This document shows positions 40,138 through 50,692 of a stretch of 64,000 bases of DNA, piece after piece. The notes beneath the pieces are model-generated. The model was not told the origin of the DNA, made no database searches, and saw only the letters and a program-made list of their open reading frames with translations. Position 1 is the stretch's first letter. Every line of letters starts with the position of its first letter. The position numbers were made by a program, and so were the translations under genes. Source of the stretch: Bdellovibrionota bacterium (GTDB lineage: Bacteria; Bdellovibrionota_G; JALEGL01; JAGRMV01); assembly GCA_041391405.1 (NCBI GenBank), contig JAWKOB010000002.1:38082-102081 (forward strand), given 5' to 3'.

Positions 40138-41567
40138 TTGTTGTCTCCAATGGAATGAATTTTAAGCATGTTGGTGGCGCCTGAGCTCAAGCCTGTGCCG
40201 GCTATCACAACAACGCGGTCCCCTTTTTTGAGGAAGGTGTTTGTCATCAAGGCTTTGTCGCCGATGGAGAAAAGCTCATCAACTGTGCTGCCTTTTTTGC
40301 AAAGCAGGGTGCGAGATCCCCAAATCAAACTCATGCGATGATAGGTCTGCTCGCTGGGTGTAATCACGAAAAACGGCAAGGTAGGTCGAGTTTTGGAAAG
40401 GTAATTCGCCGTCTTTCCGCTTTCAGTATAGACGATGAGCGCCTTGCACAGTTTGTATTCACTCAAAACTTTTGCAGCTCTGAAAATCACACTGGCATCA
40501 TTGTTCTTTTTCTTTTTCAATGTGAGCTGAACGTCGAAAATCGGATTTTCTTCCGCGTTTTGGATAATCATGCGCATGGTTTTGATGGCTTGAATCGGAT
40601 ATTTGCCCATCGCGGTCTCACCGGAAAGCATCACAGCATCGGATCCGTCCCAGATTGCATTGGCCACGTCGGTGGTTTCCGCTCGGGTGGGTCTTGGATT
40701 GAATGTCATGGAGTCCAGCATCTGTGTGGCTGTGATCACGGGGGTGAGTTTTTCAGCACACAATCGAATGATTTTTTTCTGGATCACGGGAACCTGAGAT
40801 GTCGGCATTTCAACGCCCATGTCTCCGCGTGCAATCATGATGGCATCAGCTTCATCGATGATCCCATCGATTTCTTTGATGGCTTGGGGTTTTTCAATTT
40901 TCGCAACAATCGGCAGGATTCGACCATGCTTTTTCATCCATGCGCGGGCTTTGACGATATCGCTGGGTTTTTGAATGAAAGACAGGGCGACAAAATCGAT
41001 ATCAAGTCTGGAAACAACCTTCAGGATTTTGCGATCGTGCTCAGTGAATGGAGAAATCGGAATATATTTGCCGGGCAGATTGATCCCTTTGCGTTGGCGA
41101 AGTTCACCGCCGACGACAATTTTACAAAGGATGTCTTTTTGCCCGGACTTGAGGACTTCGAGTTCCATCAATCCATCGTTCAGAAGAATGGGATCTCCTT
41201 TGTGTACAAGACTTGGAAGCTTGTCGTAATCGACAGGAATTTCATCCGTGGAGCCGGCAACATTGCGTGTGGTCAATGTGATGGTTTTCCCACGCACAAG
41301 AAAGATGGGTTCATTTTTTTTGAATGAACCGACACGAAGCTTGGGGCCGGGTAAATCAGCCAAAATTCCGATCGGGCGTTTCACACGCGAAGCGACCTGG
41401 CGGATCATGGCGATGGTTTCGGAGTGTTCGTTTACTTCACCATGAGAAAAGTTGATTCTGAATACATTCACTCCGTGGTGGATGGCTTGAAGAATTTTTT
41501 GCGGCGTCGACATCGATGGTCCGACGGTGGCGATGATTTTTGTTTTTTTATGCAGTGTTGTGGTCAT
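40134..41567 (-). CDS. pyk: pyruvate kinase
   Basis: 'KIIATVGPS', 'VFRINFSHG', 'MIARGDMGVE'. 477 aa. Confidence 0.9.
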   Translation of the reverse strand: MTTTLHKKTKIIATVGPSMSTPQKILQAIHHGVNVFRINFSHGEVNEHSETIAMIRQVASRVKRPIGILADLPGPKLRVGSFKKNEPIFLVRGKTITLTTRNVAGSTDEIPVDYDKLPSLVHKGDPILLNDGLMELEVLKSGQKDILCKIVVGGELRQRKGINLPGKYIPISPFTEHDRKILKVVSRLDIDFVALSFIQKPSDIVKARAWMKKHGRILPIVAKIEKPQAIKEIDGIIDEADAIMIARGDMGVEMPTSQVPVIQKKIIRLCAEKLTPVITATQMLDSMTFNPRPTRAETTDVANAIWDGSDAVMLSGETAMGKYPIQAIKTMRMIIQNAEENPIFDVQLTLKKKKNNDASVIFRAAKVLSEYKLCKALIVYTESGKTANYLSKTRPTLPFFVITPSEQTYHRMSLIWGSRTLLCKKGSTVDELFSIGDKALMTNTFLKKGDRVVVIAGTGLSSGATNMLKIHSIGDNN

Positions 41568-42367
41568 GCGGTTTGGTCTTGTGATTTTTTAAACATCTTG
41601 GAGAATATATAATCCACAAAACTTGGCGAGATTTTATTCACAAGCAGGAGGAGCTTTCCATCGATGGTCAGGTTGGTCCTGCGAATGTTGCAGTCCACTG
41701 CTCGAACAATGGCTTTGCCAACGCTTTCTGGCTTCATGCCGAGTTTTTGGCGAAGGTCCGGACGTTTTCCGCTCAAGGATGCATTTTGCTGGAATTCCGT
41801 AGCCGTATACCCCGGACAAACCAGTGAAACACCGATATTGTATCGTTTCAGCTCATGCCCCAAACTTTCGTCCATGCCAGCAAGAGCGAATTTGGACATG
41901 CAATAGGCACCCATGTGTGGGAATGCACGACGTCCAATAATCGAGGAGATGTTAACAATGTGGCCGCGGTTTTGTTTTTTCATGGTTGGAAGTGCGGCTT
42001 TGGTGCACCAAATCGGACCGAACAGATTGGTTCGAATGATTTTTTCCATACCTGGAGTGTCCAGGTTCTCAATATCGCCATAATGGCCATATCCTGCATT
42101 GTTCACCAGGACGTCCACGCCCCCCCAAGTTTTGACGACTTGATCGATCGCCGAAAAACAATCGTTTTCGTTTGAAACATCGCAATGAACCACAATCGCC
42201 GATCCACCCACGCGTTCAATTTCGGATTTTACGTCATTGAGTTTCGATGTGTCGCGTGCAAGAAGCGCCACGCGACATTTTCTTTTCGCAAATTCGATGG
42301 CCGCGGCTCTTCCGATGCCACGCGATCCACCTGTGATGACGACGATGTCCTGATTTTTGAGTTTCAT
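41564..42367 (-). CDS. SDR-family oxidoreductase
   Basis: 'VVITGGSRGIGRA' and 'YCMSKFAL' (YxxxK). Confidence 0.8.
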   Translation of the reverse strand: MKLKNQDIVVITGGSRGIGRAAAIEFAKRKCRVALLARDTSKLNDVKSEIERVGGSAIVVHCDVSNENDCFSAIDQVVKTWGGVDVLVNNAGYGHYGDIENLDTPGMEKIIRTNLFGPIWCTKAALPTMKKQNRGHIVNISSIIGRRAFPHMGAYCMSKFALAGMDESLGHELKRYNIGVSLVCPGYTATEFQQNASLSGKRPDLRQKLGMKPESVGKAIVRAVDCNIRRTNLTIDGKLLLLVNKISPSFVDYIFSKMFKKSQDQTA

Positions 42368-42368
42368 G

Positions 42369-43020
42369 TTAAATCTTTACGGAACAACCGTAAGGTTTGG
42401 TCTGCGGAACGGCGACTTCTTTTTTCGCCAATAGCGCGTCCAGTGCCTGAGAAACGTAATTCTTTGCGTTTTTCACGGCGTCTTTTCGGAATGAATCGTT
42501 GTCGTCCATGGCGCCCATGTAAGCAACTTTGCCATCGGTACCGATCACGAACATGTGTGGTGTGGTTTTGGCTCCATAACTGCGAGCAACCAAACCATTG
42601 CCGTCCATCAAAATAGCGGTGGCTTTGGATTTTCGATCTGCGTAGATTTTGGAGAGTTCTTTGCTGTCGATGGCATTTTCAGGTTTGGTCGAAGAAACAC
42701 TGAACCAAACAACACCTTGAGCCGTGTATTTTCCTGAAGTTTTTGCATGTTGTCCGTGCCGTAATGTTTTTCAACATAAGGGCAATCGTTGTTGAACCAT
42801 TCGAGCACGACGATTTTTCCAGTGAAGTCTTTCAGAGAATAGGTCTTTCCATCTTGTCCAGTCAGTGTGAAGTCAGGTGCAACACCCATCGCTTCCAATG
42901 TTTTGATTCCTGTGCTTGCGGCTTCCGTGGATTTTTTTCCTCAGCTTTTTTCGCTGCGGCGAAACCAAATTGAGCTGCCAATGCGATGGCGGCAACGATG
43001 ATTAGTGATTTTGTTTTCAT
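42369..43020 (-). CDS. periplasmic thioredoxin-fold redoxin, 2 frameshifts in this assembly
   Basis: Signal peptide 'MKTKSLIIVAAIALAAQFGF' from ATG at 43018-43020. 'WFNNDCPYVEKHY' active site. Frames lost at a T7 run (about 42933-42939) and a T4 run (about 42729-42732). Start overlaps the dsbD stop (ATGA). Confidence 0.65.
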
Positions 43021-45014
43021 TTTGTCTCTCCTTGCATGATTGCATTTATAAAGATGGAAGGTGTGAGCAGAGTAGGTAGAACCATCGGAGTTGTCAATCC
43101 TGGTTTGTACAATAAATAGAAAGGAACTCCAGCGCGATCATATTGTCTCAAAATGGCTGTGATTTCGGGGTTCTGGCGTGTCCAGTCGGCCTTGTACATC
43201 ACGACTTTATTTTGATTGATGAATTCAATCACTTCGGGATTGGAGAAAGTGATTCTCTCATTGGCTTTGCAGGTGATGCACCAATCTGCCGTGAAATCTA
43301 CGAAGACGATGGAGTTTTTACCTTGAGCTTCGACTTTCGAACGATCGAACATCTGCCAATCGATGGTGTCACTCATCATAGGTTTTTTCATCGTGAGCAA
43401 AGCAACGAAAATAGCACCCCCGACCAGAAGCATCAGAATGTTTTTGGCCATGCTGTTTTTGTTGAACAGATTGGTGCGCACCCAAAAGAAAAACACGATC
43501 AAAATCAAAATGATCAGCATGAAAAATGCTGCTTGGCTGTTGCTAAGCTGAGCAAGCAACCAAACGAGCCATGCCACCGTGATAAACATTGGAAAGGCGA
43601 GAAACTCTTTCAGTGTCACCATCCAGGCGCCAGGTTTGGGGAACAGTTTGCCCAATTTTGGCCAGGCGGCGAGGATTAAGTAAGGAAAGCTTAAGCCTAA
43701 GCCCAATGCGAAAAAAGTCGATACGATGGTGACATTGCTTTGAGACAATGCAAAGCCCACGGCTACGGCCATGAATGGAGCAGTGCATGGAGTTGCAATC
43801 AGTGTCGTGAAAAATCCGGAGATGAAATCTGAAGAGGCCGATTGTTTTTGGAAAACTCGACCAAGCCCAGGGAGTGGAATGCTTTGAACTTCGAAGAAGT
43901 CGATCAGATTCAATCCGATCAAGAAAAACAAAATCGCCAAAAAGCTGACAAATCCAGGGGATTGAAGCTGGAATCCCCATCCAAGTTGTTGACCAGCTTG
44001 GCGAACGAAGATGAATATAAAGGAGAAGATGACCAGCGAGACGCAAATGCCTGCAGAGAACCAAAGGTTGGATTTGCGAATGGTGGACGCTTCATTTTGG
44101 TTGGTTTTGAGCAAACTCAAGACTTTGAGTGAAACCACCGGAAGTACGCATGGCATAAGGTTCAGAAGAATGCCTCCAATGAAAGATAGAAACAAAACGT
44201 ACCACATGCTCATGTTTGCCGTTGATGGTTCAGCGGTGGATCCCATTTCTGTTGGAGCCCTACCGATCCAATAAGCTTTTTTTGAATCCACTTTGATCAG
44301 TCCGCTGATGGTTGAGTCTTGAGAAGTTGTGTGGGCGTAAGTGAATGTCGCCGTATTTCCAGACAAGTTGGCCGATCTTGGTTTGTTGAAGATTTCTTTC
44401 ATCGCGGTGGTTGGAAAGAAGTCGATCTTTGTCGCGTCAGAAATTGAATTCGAGGAGATCGTCAGCGTTGTGGCATCCAATCCAAAATTCACATTTCCTT
44501 GAATGTCAGAGATGAATTCCGGATAGTGGAATGCTTCAAAGTGTGAATTGTCCTTTTTTGAATCCTTGACGGGCAGGTTGAGTGTGAAGGTTTTTGTGCA
44601 TGGAACGCAAATTTCTTTGCAGATCAGCCATTCTGCATTGATTTTGAGTTGCACGGATTCATCGACGGGTTTTTCGAAGCGAATGGTTTTGTAAAACAAT
44701 GTTTCGTTTTCAAAGCCGAAGGAATCATACGGATCTGATTCGATCCGCGTGGGAATTGGATACGTGATGTTGGATTCTTCGATGGGAAACAACGACTCGA
44801 TCACAATTTTGGGTTGTGCACCCACGTCTCCTGGATTTTCCCAGTAAGCATGCCAACCGGGTTCAATGTCGAGTTGAATCCCGATTTTCATTCCTGAAAC
44901 CAGAGTTTCATAGTCCGTGACCAAGTTGGCTTTGGAATGAAGCTCTTGAGCCTGAGCAGTGAATGTAAGTAGGCCAAAAATAAGGGTAAATAGCGTTTTC
45001 ATGAGGCTTTTCAC
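43017..45014 (-). CDS. dsbD: thiol:disulfide interchange protein DsbD
   Basis: N-terminal periplasmic domain, central TM domain with 'MPCVLPV', C-terminal thioredoxin 'VDFTADWCITCKANE'. 665 aa. Confidence 0.85.
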   Translation of the reverse strand: MKSLMKTLFTLIFGLLTFTAQAQELHSKANLVTDYETLVSGMKIGIQLDIEPGWHAYWENPGDVGAQPKIVIESLFPIEESNITYPIPTRIESDPYDSFGFENETLFYKTIRFEKPVDESVQLKINAEWLICKEICVPCTKTFTLNLPVKDSKKDNSHFEAFHYPEFISDIQGNVNFGLDATTLTISSNSISDATKIDFFPTTAMKEIFNKPRSANLSGNTATFTYAHTTSQDSTISGLIKVDSKKAYWIGRAPTEMGSTAEPSTANMSMWYVLFLSFIGGILLNLMPCVLPVVSLKVLSLLKTNQNEASTIRKSNLWFSAGICVSLVIFSFIFIFVRQAGQQLGWGFQLQSPGFVSFLAILFFLIGLNLIDFFEVQSIPLPGLGRVFQKQSASSDFISGFFTTLIATPCTAPFMAVAVGFALSQSNVTIVSTFFALGLGLSFPYLILAAWPKLGKLFPKPGAWMVTLKEFLAFPMFITVAWLVWLLAQLSNSQAAFFMLIILILIVFFFWVRTNLFNKNSMAKNILMLLVGGAIFVALLTMKKPMMSDTIDWQMFDRSKVEAQGKNSIVFVDFTADWCITCKANERITFSNPEVIEFINQNKVVMYKADWTRQNPEITAILRQYDRAGVPFYLLYKPGLTTPMVLPTLLTPSIFINAIMQGETK

Positions 45015-45043
45015 TTTACCAGCTTTAGGCTATAAGGCTAGCT

Positions 45044-45832
45044 ATGGAAACACAATTCAAAGACTTAAGTGGAAAATGGGCTTTAATTCTAGGGGCTTCC
45101 AGCGGTTTTGGTGCTGCTGCGGCTCTGAAGCTGGCACAAGCCGGTGTTAACATTTGCGGTGTTCATTTGGATCGCAAGGCAACCATGGATCAGGTTGAAA
45201 GCTTGAAAGCCAAGATCAAAGAAACGGGACGCGAAGCGATGTTCTTCAATGTCAATGCTGCCGATCCCGAAGCTCGCGCGGAAATTTTGAAACATCTTTC
45301 AGAAAAGAAAATTTCCATCCACATTCTATTTCATTCCTTGGCCTTTGGTGCCTTGAAACCTTTTGTTTCCGAAGATTCAATCAATCAAAAACAGATCGAA
45401 ATGACGATGGATGTGATGGCCAACTCGCTCGTGTATTGGGCGCAAGATTTGGTGAAAAACAAATTGTTTGCGACCGGTGGAAGAATTTTTGCAATGACCA
45501 GTGCTGGATCTTCCCGTGTTTGGAAATCCTATGGAGCTGTTTCCGCAGCCAAATGCGCGCTTGAATCGCACATTCGTCAATTGTCGCTAGAACTCGCGCC
45601 GATGAAAATCACCGCCAACGCAATTTGCGCTGGTGTGACCGATACTCCGGCATTGCGCAAGATTCCTGGCAACGATGTGATGATTGAAATGGCGACCAAT
45701 CGCAATCCATACAAACGTTTGACCACCCCGGAAGACATCGCCAATGCCACGCTTGCTTTGTCCCTTCCGCACATCGGATGGATGACGGGGAATGTATTGA
45801 ACATCGATGGCGGCGAAATCATTTCGGACTAA
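45044..45832 (+). CDS. SDR-family oxidoreductase, FabL-like (possible enoyl-ACP reductase)
   Basis: '[15 protein letters not shown]' and '[12 protein letters not shown]'. Resembles the FabL/YgaA type. Confidence 0.65.
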   Translation: METQFKDLSGKWALILGASSGFGAAAALKLAQAGVNICGVHLDRKATMDQVESLKAKIKETGREAMFFNVNAADPEARAEILKHLSEKKISIHILFHSLAFGALKPFVSEDSINQKQIEMTMDVMANSLVYWAQDLVKNKLFATGGRIFAMTSAGSSRVWKSYGAVSAAKCALESHIRQLSLELAPMKITANAICAGVTDTPALRKIPGNDVMIEMATNRNPYKRLTTPEDIANATLALSLPHIGWMTGNVLNIDGGEIISD

Positions 45833-45834
45833 TT

Positions 45835-46305
45835 ATGAATCGCGTACCTCTTACGCCGGAAGGCAAAGAAAAACTTACCGAAGAGCTCAACCACATGAAA
45901 AAAGTGGAACGACCTCAGGTCATTCAGGCCATCGCAACCGCCCGCGAGCATGGTGATTTGAGCGAGAATGCGGAATACACCGCAGCTCGTGAAAAACAAA
46001 GTTTGCTCGAAGGGCGCATTATGCAGTTCGAAGATGTGCTCTCTCGTGCTGAAGTGATCGATGCAACACAATTCCCCACCGACAAAGTGATTTTCGGCAT
46101 GAAGGTCACGGTATTTGATGAAACCATCGATAAAGAAAAAGTTTACCGAATTGTGGGTGAGCTGGAAGCTAACACCGAAAAAGGTCTGCTATCCGTTAGT
46201 TCACCGATTGCCAAAGCTTTGATTGGTAAAAAAGTTGGGGATGTTGCCAGTGTGCAAGTACCTGGCGGTACCAAAGACCTTGAGATTGTGAAAATTAGTG
46301 CATGA
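45835..46305 (+). CDS. greA: transcription elongation factor GreA
   Basis: '[44 protein letters not shown]'. 156 aa from ATG at 45835. Confidence 0.9.
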   Translation: MNRVPLTPEGKEKLTEELNHMKKVERPQVIQAIATAREHGDLSENAEYTAAREKQSLLEGRIMQFEDVLSRAEVIDATQFPTDKVIFGMKVTVFDETIDKEKVYRIVGELEANTEKGLLSVSSPIAKALIGKKVGDVASVQVPGGTKDLEIVKISA

Positions 46306-47177
46306 ATTTTGAAACTGAAAAGAGTCGTATGAGAATCCCTGTTTATTTTGCCCGTCGATTTGTAGCTGGTGAAACAGCACTTGAAGCCATTGAAGCCGTC
46401 AAGGAACTCAACAAAGATGGAGTTGTTGCAACACTTGATCTTCTTGGGGAAAACGTTTCCAGTCATGCTCAAGCTGATGAAGCAGTAGAAGAATACTACC
46501 GACTGTTTGATTTGATCACCCAAAGCGGGGTCAAGAGCGGTGTTTCATTGAAGCTCACCCAACTTGGGTTAGATTTGGGTTTGGATTCGTGCGTGGAGCG
46601 TATGCGCAAAGTCCTGACCAGCGCCAAGAATCACAATTTGTTCGTTCGCATCGACATGGAAGGATCTTTCTATACGCAGATCACCATCGATGCTTTCGTA
46701 AAACTGGCTCATGAGTTTGAAAACGTCGGACTAGTGCTTCAAGCTTATCTTCACCGCAGCATGGACGACACCAAAGTCATGGCAGATAAAAAATTCTCCA
46801 TTCGTGTTTGCAAAGGTGCCTACAAGGAATCTTCCTCAATTGCATTTCAGAACATGGATGATCTCCGCACGAGTTACAAAAACATGGTGAAGATTCTTTT
46901 GGATGGCGGATCTCGCATCGGAATTGCAACTCATGACGATCAATTGATCGAGTGGGCTGTGAAGTACGTTACGGAGAACAACGTTCCAAAATCCCAATTT
47001 GAATTCCAAATGCTCTATGGACTTCGCCGTAAGAAGGCTCTAGAGCTTGTGAAGCAGGGATTTCGTGTTCGCTCTTACGTTCCATACGGCACGCATTGGT
47101 TTCCATACTTCTATCGCCGCCTGCGTGAACGCAAAGAAAACGTATTTTTTGTATTGAAGAGTCTGATTGCGGATTAA
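46302..47177 (+). CDS. proline dehydrogenase family protein (monofunctional PRODH-like)
   Basis: About 290-aa TIM-barrel PRODH-like with C-terminal '[18 protein letters not shown]'. Confidence 0.7.
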   Translation: MNFETEKSRMRIPVYFARRFVAGETALEAIEAVKELNKDGVVATLDLLGENVSSHAQADEAVEEYYRLFDLITQSGVKSGVSLKLTQLGLDLGLDSCVERMRKVLTSAKNHNLFVRIDMEGSFYTQITIDAFVKLAHEFENVGLVLQAYLHRSMDDTKVMADKKFSIRVCKGAYKESSSIAFQNMDDLRTSYKNMVKILLDGGSRIGIATHDDQLIEWAVKYVTENNVPKSQFEFQMLYGLRRKKALELVKQGFRVRSYVPYGTHWFPYFYRRLRERKENVFFVLKSLIAD

Positions 47178-47285
47178 TCCAAAGCCTGTATAAGTTTTTT
47201 GTATGGAAAAAACCTTCGATCCTAATGCGGCAGCCAAGCCGGGTACGCTCTTTGGCTTGGACTCTGATTTAAAGATTCCAAAATT

Positions 47286-48270
47286 GTGATGATTCCAGTT
47301 CCCTGGGAAGTGACCACTTCCTACGGAGGTGGCACAGCCAAAGGACCCCAGGAAATTCTCAAAGCTAGCGCCCAGGTAGATTTGTACGACACAGATGCAA
47401 TCGACCCATATGCAGCTGGATTGCATATGCTTCCGATCAACAAAATCATCGTCAATTTGAATAAAAAATTTCGCGCATTGGCCCTTACGGGAATCAAAAA
47501 AGGTGGATTCTCGGACTCCAAAGTCGACCAAAAAAACTCGAACAGATCAACGCGGCATCAGATCAAGTCAACGAATGGGTTTTAATGAAACCAAAAAGCT
47601 TTTGAAACAGGACAAGATCGTCGCCATTGTCGGCGGAGATCATAGTGTTCCATTCGGAGCCATCAAAGCCGTTGCTGAAAAGCATCCAAACATGGGCATC
47701 CTGCATTTTGACGCTCACTCCGATACGCGCATCGCCTATGAGGGGTTTACGCATTCTCACGCCTCCATTTTTTACAATGTGCTCAAAAAATTCCAAGTTT
47801 CCAAAATTGTTCAGGTCGGTATTCGCGATTTTTGTGAAGAAGAAGTGGAAGTCGTGGGCAAAGAAGGGGAACGAGTTCAAGTGTTTCTCGATCAGGAAAT
47901 CTACCGCGCCAAAGCGGCTGGTCGAACCATGCGAGACATTGCCTCAACCATCGTTCAAGGCCTTCCTTCCGAAGTTTATGTTTCTTTCGATGTCGACGGA
48001 TTCGATCCGAAGTTGTGTCCAGGAACAGGAACACCTGTGCCAGGTGGTTTGCAATACCATGATGCGATTTTGATTCTTCGTGAGATTGTCCATACCGGGC
48101 GCCGCATCGTGGGTTTTGATGTGAATGAGGTCAGTTCGGCCAATGGTGGAGAATGGAACGCCAATGTGGGTGCTCGATTGCTTTACAAACTTTGCTCATT
48201 CGCGCTGCTATCGAACAAGCTCGTCAAAGCCAACAACAAACTTCCCGCGAATTTCACCAAATTGGTCTGA
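47286..48270 (+). CDS. arginase-family hydrolase (agmatinase/formimidoylglutamase-like), one frameshift near 47510-47590
   Basis: 'IVGGDHSV', 'HFDAHSDTR', 'SFDVDGFDP' Mn-binding motifs. N-terminal part in ORF 47286..47585. Confidence 0.75.
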
Positions 48271-48571
48271 TTTTTGGCGACCTCATCAGGTCGCATTTAG
48301 TTTTAATAAGGTCCTGAAGTTTTCTTGAGAGGTCTTCCAATTCTTTGTGAAAATCTTCTTCGCGGAGTTTGAGCTTGGCATTGGGGTTGTCTTTGAGTTG
48401 ATCCACAAAACGATGAAACGCGATCATCGGCCCCACTGATCTGTGAGTGAAGATGATGGTGAATAGAAACGCGATCACACAATAAATCGAACAGATCATA
48501 AAAATGCCAAAGAAGAAGTAAAAGTATACCTGAGCGGGCACAGCCTCATGGGGATCGATATAGCTGCGCAA
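48254..48571 (-). CDS. hypothetical membrane protein (may be a frameshifted extension of the upstream gene)
   Basis: ORF with two hydrophobic segments. Overlaps lspA by 76 nt. Confidence 0.25.
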   Translation of the reverse strand: MRSYIDPHEAVPAQVYFYFFFGIFMICSIYCVIAFLFTIIFTHRSVGPMIAFHRFVDQLKDNPNAKLKLREEDFHKELEDLSRKLQDLIKTKCDLMRSPKIRPIW

Positions 48572-49182
48572 AAACTATAGGAAAACAAAGAAAGAGTCAT
48601 TCCGAGCATCAAAAGGCCTGAAACGTGAATAGCTGCGTATGTGAACTGGTAGGACTTATTGATAAGATAACCCTTGCGTTTGCTGTTCTCTTTGAAGATT
48701 TCGTCCGAGTAAAAGAAAATGCAGATGATGTTTTGAATGGTGCCCCAGGTCAGGAAAATATCGGCGACGTTGAACACATATTTTTTGAAAAACCATAAGT
48801 CCACGTTAATGAAGTCTCGAACATAACCGTACAGCGTTTTGTCGATGACGTTGCCCAGGATTCCCACCAAAAATACGGTTAACCCCAACTTGAGTCCGTA
48901 GATGTTTTTGTTGCGGAAGAAAAAAAGCAAAACGATGTACAGGGCAATCGAGTATCCGCCCAGAGTGCTGAAGAAAACAACGCGAACCAGGTTTTTCATT
49001 TCAGAAAATGCACCGAAGATGAAACCGAAGTTCTTGTGTTGGATTAAATGAAGCAGGCCAAGATCGATGGGGTCGGTCAGCGAAAAGAAAACACTTTTCG
49101 TGAACAAATCCACGAACAAACCGATCAATAGAAACATCAATCCATGTTTGATCGTGAAAGATTTTAATTTGTGCTTGGACAT
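48496..49182 (-). CDS. lspA: lipoprotein signal peptidase (signal peptidase II)-like
   Basis: 'NFGFIFGAF', 'FNVADIFLTWGTIQ' resemble LspA conserved regions. The C-terminal extension beyond the usual roughly 170 aa may reflect a frameshift. Confidence 0.6.
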   Translation of the reverse strand: MSKHKLKSFTIKHGLMFLLIGLFVDLFTKSVFFSLTDPIDLGLLHLIQHKNFGFIFGAFSEMKNLVRVVFFSTLGGYSIALYIVLLFFFRNKNIYGLKLGLTVFLVGILGNVIDKTLYGYVRDFINVDLWFFKKYVFNVADIFLTWGTIQNIICIFFYSDEIFKENSKRKGYLINKSYQFTYAAIHVSGLLMLGMTLSLFSYSFCAAISIPMRLCPLRYTFTSSLAFL

Positions 49183-49187
49183 GAATC

Positions 49188-49832
49188 CTAGTCGGTCACA
49201 GCTTTCGAGCTAGCAAGATAAGGCGTTCCAGTGGAAGAAGTTCCTGAATAAGGAACCACGACCACGCCCTGTATGGCTTGTTTTCTTCCGGAACTGTCGG
49301 TGGCGATCGAATTGACCAAAAAAATCGCGAAGGTTTCACCCGAACCTACCGTCAGATCGTTTTTGCGAACGATGGAAACCTGGTTGTTGAGATCCACCAC
49401 GCCCAGAAAATTGCAGACAACGTTGTTATCCACAGCATCGAAATTTTTGATCGCATTGAACGCAGGACAAGCTGGATTTGCGGATCCACAATCAGTTTCC
49501 ATGCAAAGTGTATTGACCAAAAAATCGATGTTTTTGGGGTTGTAGTTACCAGTTGTTGTTTTCCCAGGAGTGGAATCAGCATTGTTGGCATCGGCGGCCG
49601 GGTCATTGTTTCCCGCAATGGTTTGAAAACGCCGAACGGCCTTTTGCAAACCTTGTTCGGCCTGATAGGTGAGTTCTGTGGTGTATTTTCGACTGCCAGC
49701 TCTAAGCAAACTGCTTCGTGACGAGGTTAGTCCCCAGATACCAATACCTGTGGCGACGATCAGGATGATCATCAATAGGACAATTGCCACGCCTTGCTGT
49801 GAATTGCGGAAATGGGGTTTCATTTTTTCCAA
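49188..49832 (-). CDS. PilX-N-like pilus assembly/minor pilin protein
   Basis: 'RNSQQGVAIVLLMIILIVATGIGI' resembles the PilX N-terminal motif. Confidence 0.45.
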   Translation of the reverse strand: MEKMKPHFRNSQQGVAIVLLMIILIVATGIGIWGLTSSRSSLLRAGSRKYTTELTYQAEQGLQKAVRRFQTIAGNNDPAADANNADSTPGKTTTGNYNPKNIDFLVNTLCMETDCGSANPACPAFNAIKNFDAVDNNVVCNFLGVVDLNNQVSIVRKNDLTVGSGETFAIFLVNSIATDSSGRKQAIQGVVVVPYSGTSSTGTPYLASSKAVTD

Positions 49833-50362
49833 ACTGTGTCCTGAATCTTAAGCATATGATTAGCAAACCTGGCCAAACAAAACAACCAATCTGACAATCG
49901 ATTGAGGTACTTGATGATTTCGGGATTCACACCGTCGGTTTCCTGAGCGTGCCTGCAGGCGCGTTCGCCACGGCGGCAAACCGTTCGGGCGAAGTGAAGA
50001 TGGGCTGCGAGTGCAGAACCTCCGGGAAGGATGAATTCTTTCAGCGGTGGAAGTTGTTTCACCATTTCATCGATTTCGGGCTCGAGTCGCTGGGAATAGG
50101 ATTCATCAATTCTTTTCACCAATTCGTGTTTGTCTTTCCATGGAAGTGAAAGATCGGCGCCCACTTCGAAAAGTTCATTTTGAATGCGCTCAAGTTTGGT
50201 GGCGATCGAGACTGGTGGATTCAAACTTTGTGCGATACCGAGAACAGAATTGAGTTCATCCACCGTACCATAAGTTTCCACAATGGGATGATTCTTGTTG
50301 ACGCGACATCCCCCAAACAGACCCGTGGAACCATCATCTCCAGTTTTGGTGTAAATCTTCAT
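49820..50362 (-). CDS. cob(I)alamin adenosyltransferase, PduO type
   Basis: 'MKIYTKTGDDGSTGLFGG.RV.K', 'YGTVDELNS'. 180 aa. Confidence 0.85.
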   Translation of the reverse strand: MKIYTKTGDDGSTGLFGGCRVNKNHPIVETYGTVDELNSVLGIAQSLNPPVSIATKLERIQNELFEVGADLSLPWKDKHELVKRIDESYSQRLEPEIDEMVKQLPPLKEFILPGGSALAAHLHFARTVCRRGERACRHAQETDGVNPEIIKYLNRLSDWLFCLARFANHMLKIQDTVWKK

Positions 50363-50425
50363 GAATCTTCAAATTGTAGCACACAGCCCTTGTTTTGGAG
50401 AATTTGTCTGTGTTACAATTTTTAC

Positions 50426-50674
50426 ATGGCTTACATCATCACTCAAGCTTGTGTCGGTAAAAAAGAGAAAGCATGTTTGGACGTTTGTCCGGTGGATTGC
50501 ATTCACGGCAAAGACAGCGACCAGCAAATGTTCATCAACCCTGATGAATGTATCGATTGCGGAGCATGCCTACCTGCATGTCCATTTGATGCGATCTATC
50601 CTGAAGACGAAGTTCCGGATGGGCAGGAAAGTTTTATCGCCAAAAACCGCGCCTACTTCTCCAAAGCTAAGTAA
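50426..50674 (+). CDS. ferredoxin (7Fe/2x[4Fe-4S]-type FdxA-like)
   Basis: 'MAYIITQACVGKKEKACLDVCPVDCIH...CIDCGACLPACP' from ATG at 50426. Confidence 0.85.
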   Translation: MAYIITQACVGKKEKACLDVCPVDCIHGKDSDQQMFINPDECIDCGACLPACPFDAIYPEDEVPDGQESFIAKNRAYFSKAK

Positions 50675-50692
50675 TTCAGCAGTCCCAAAATA

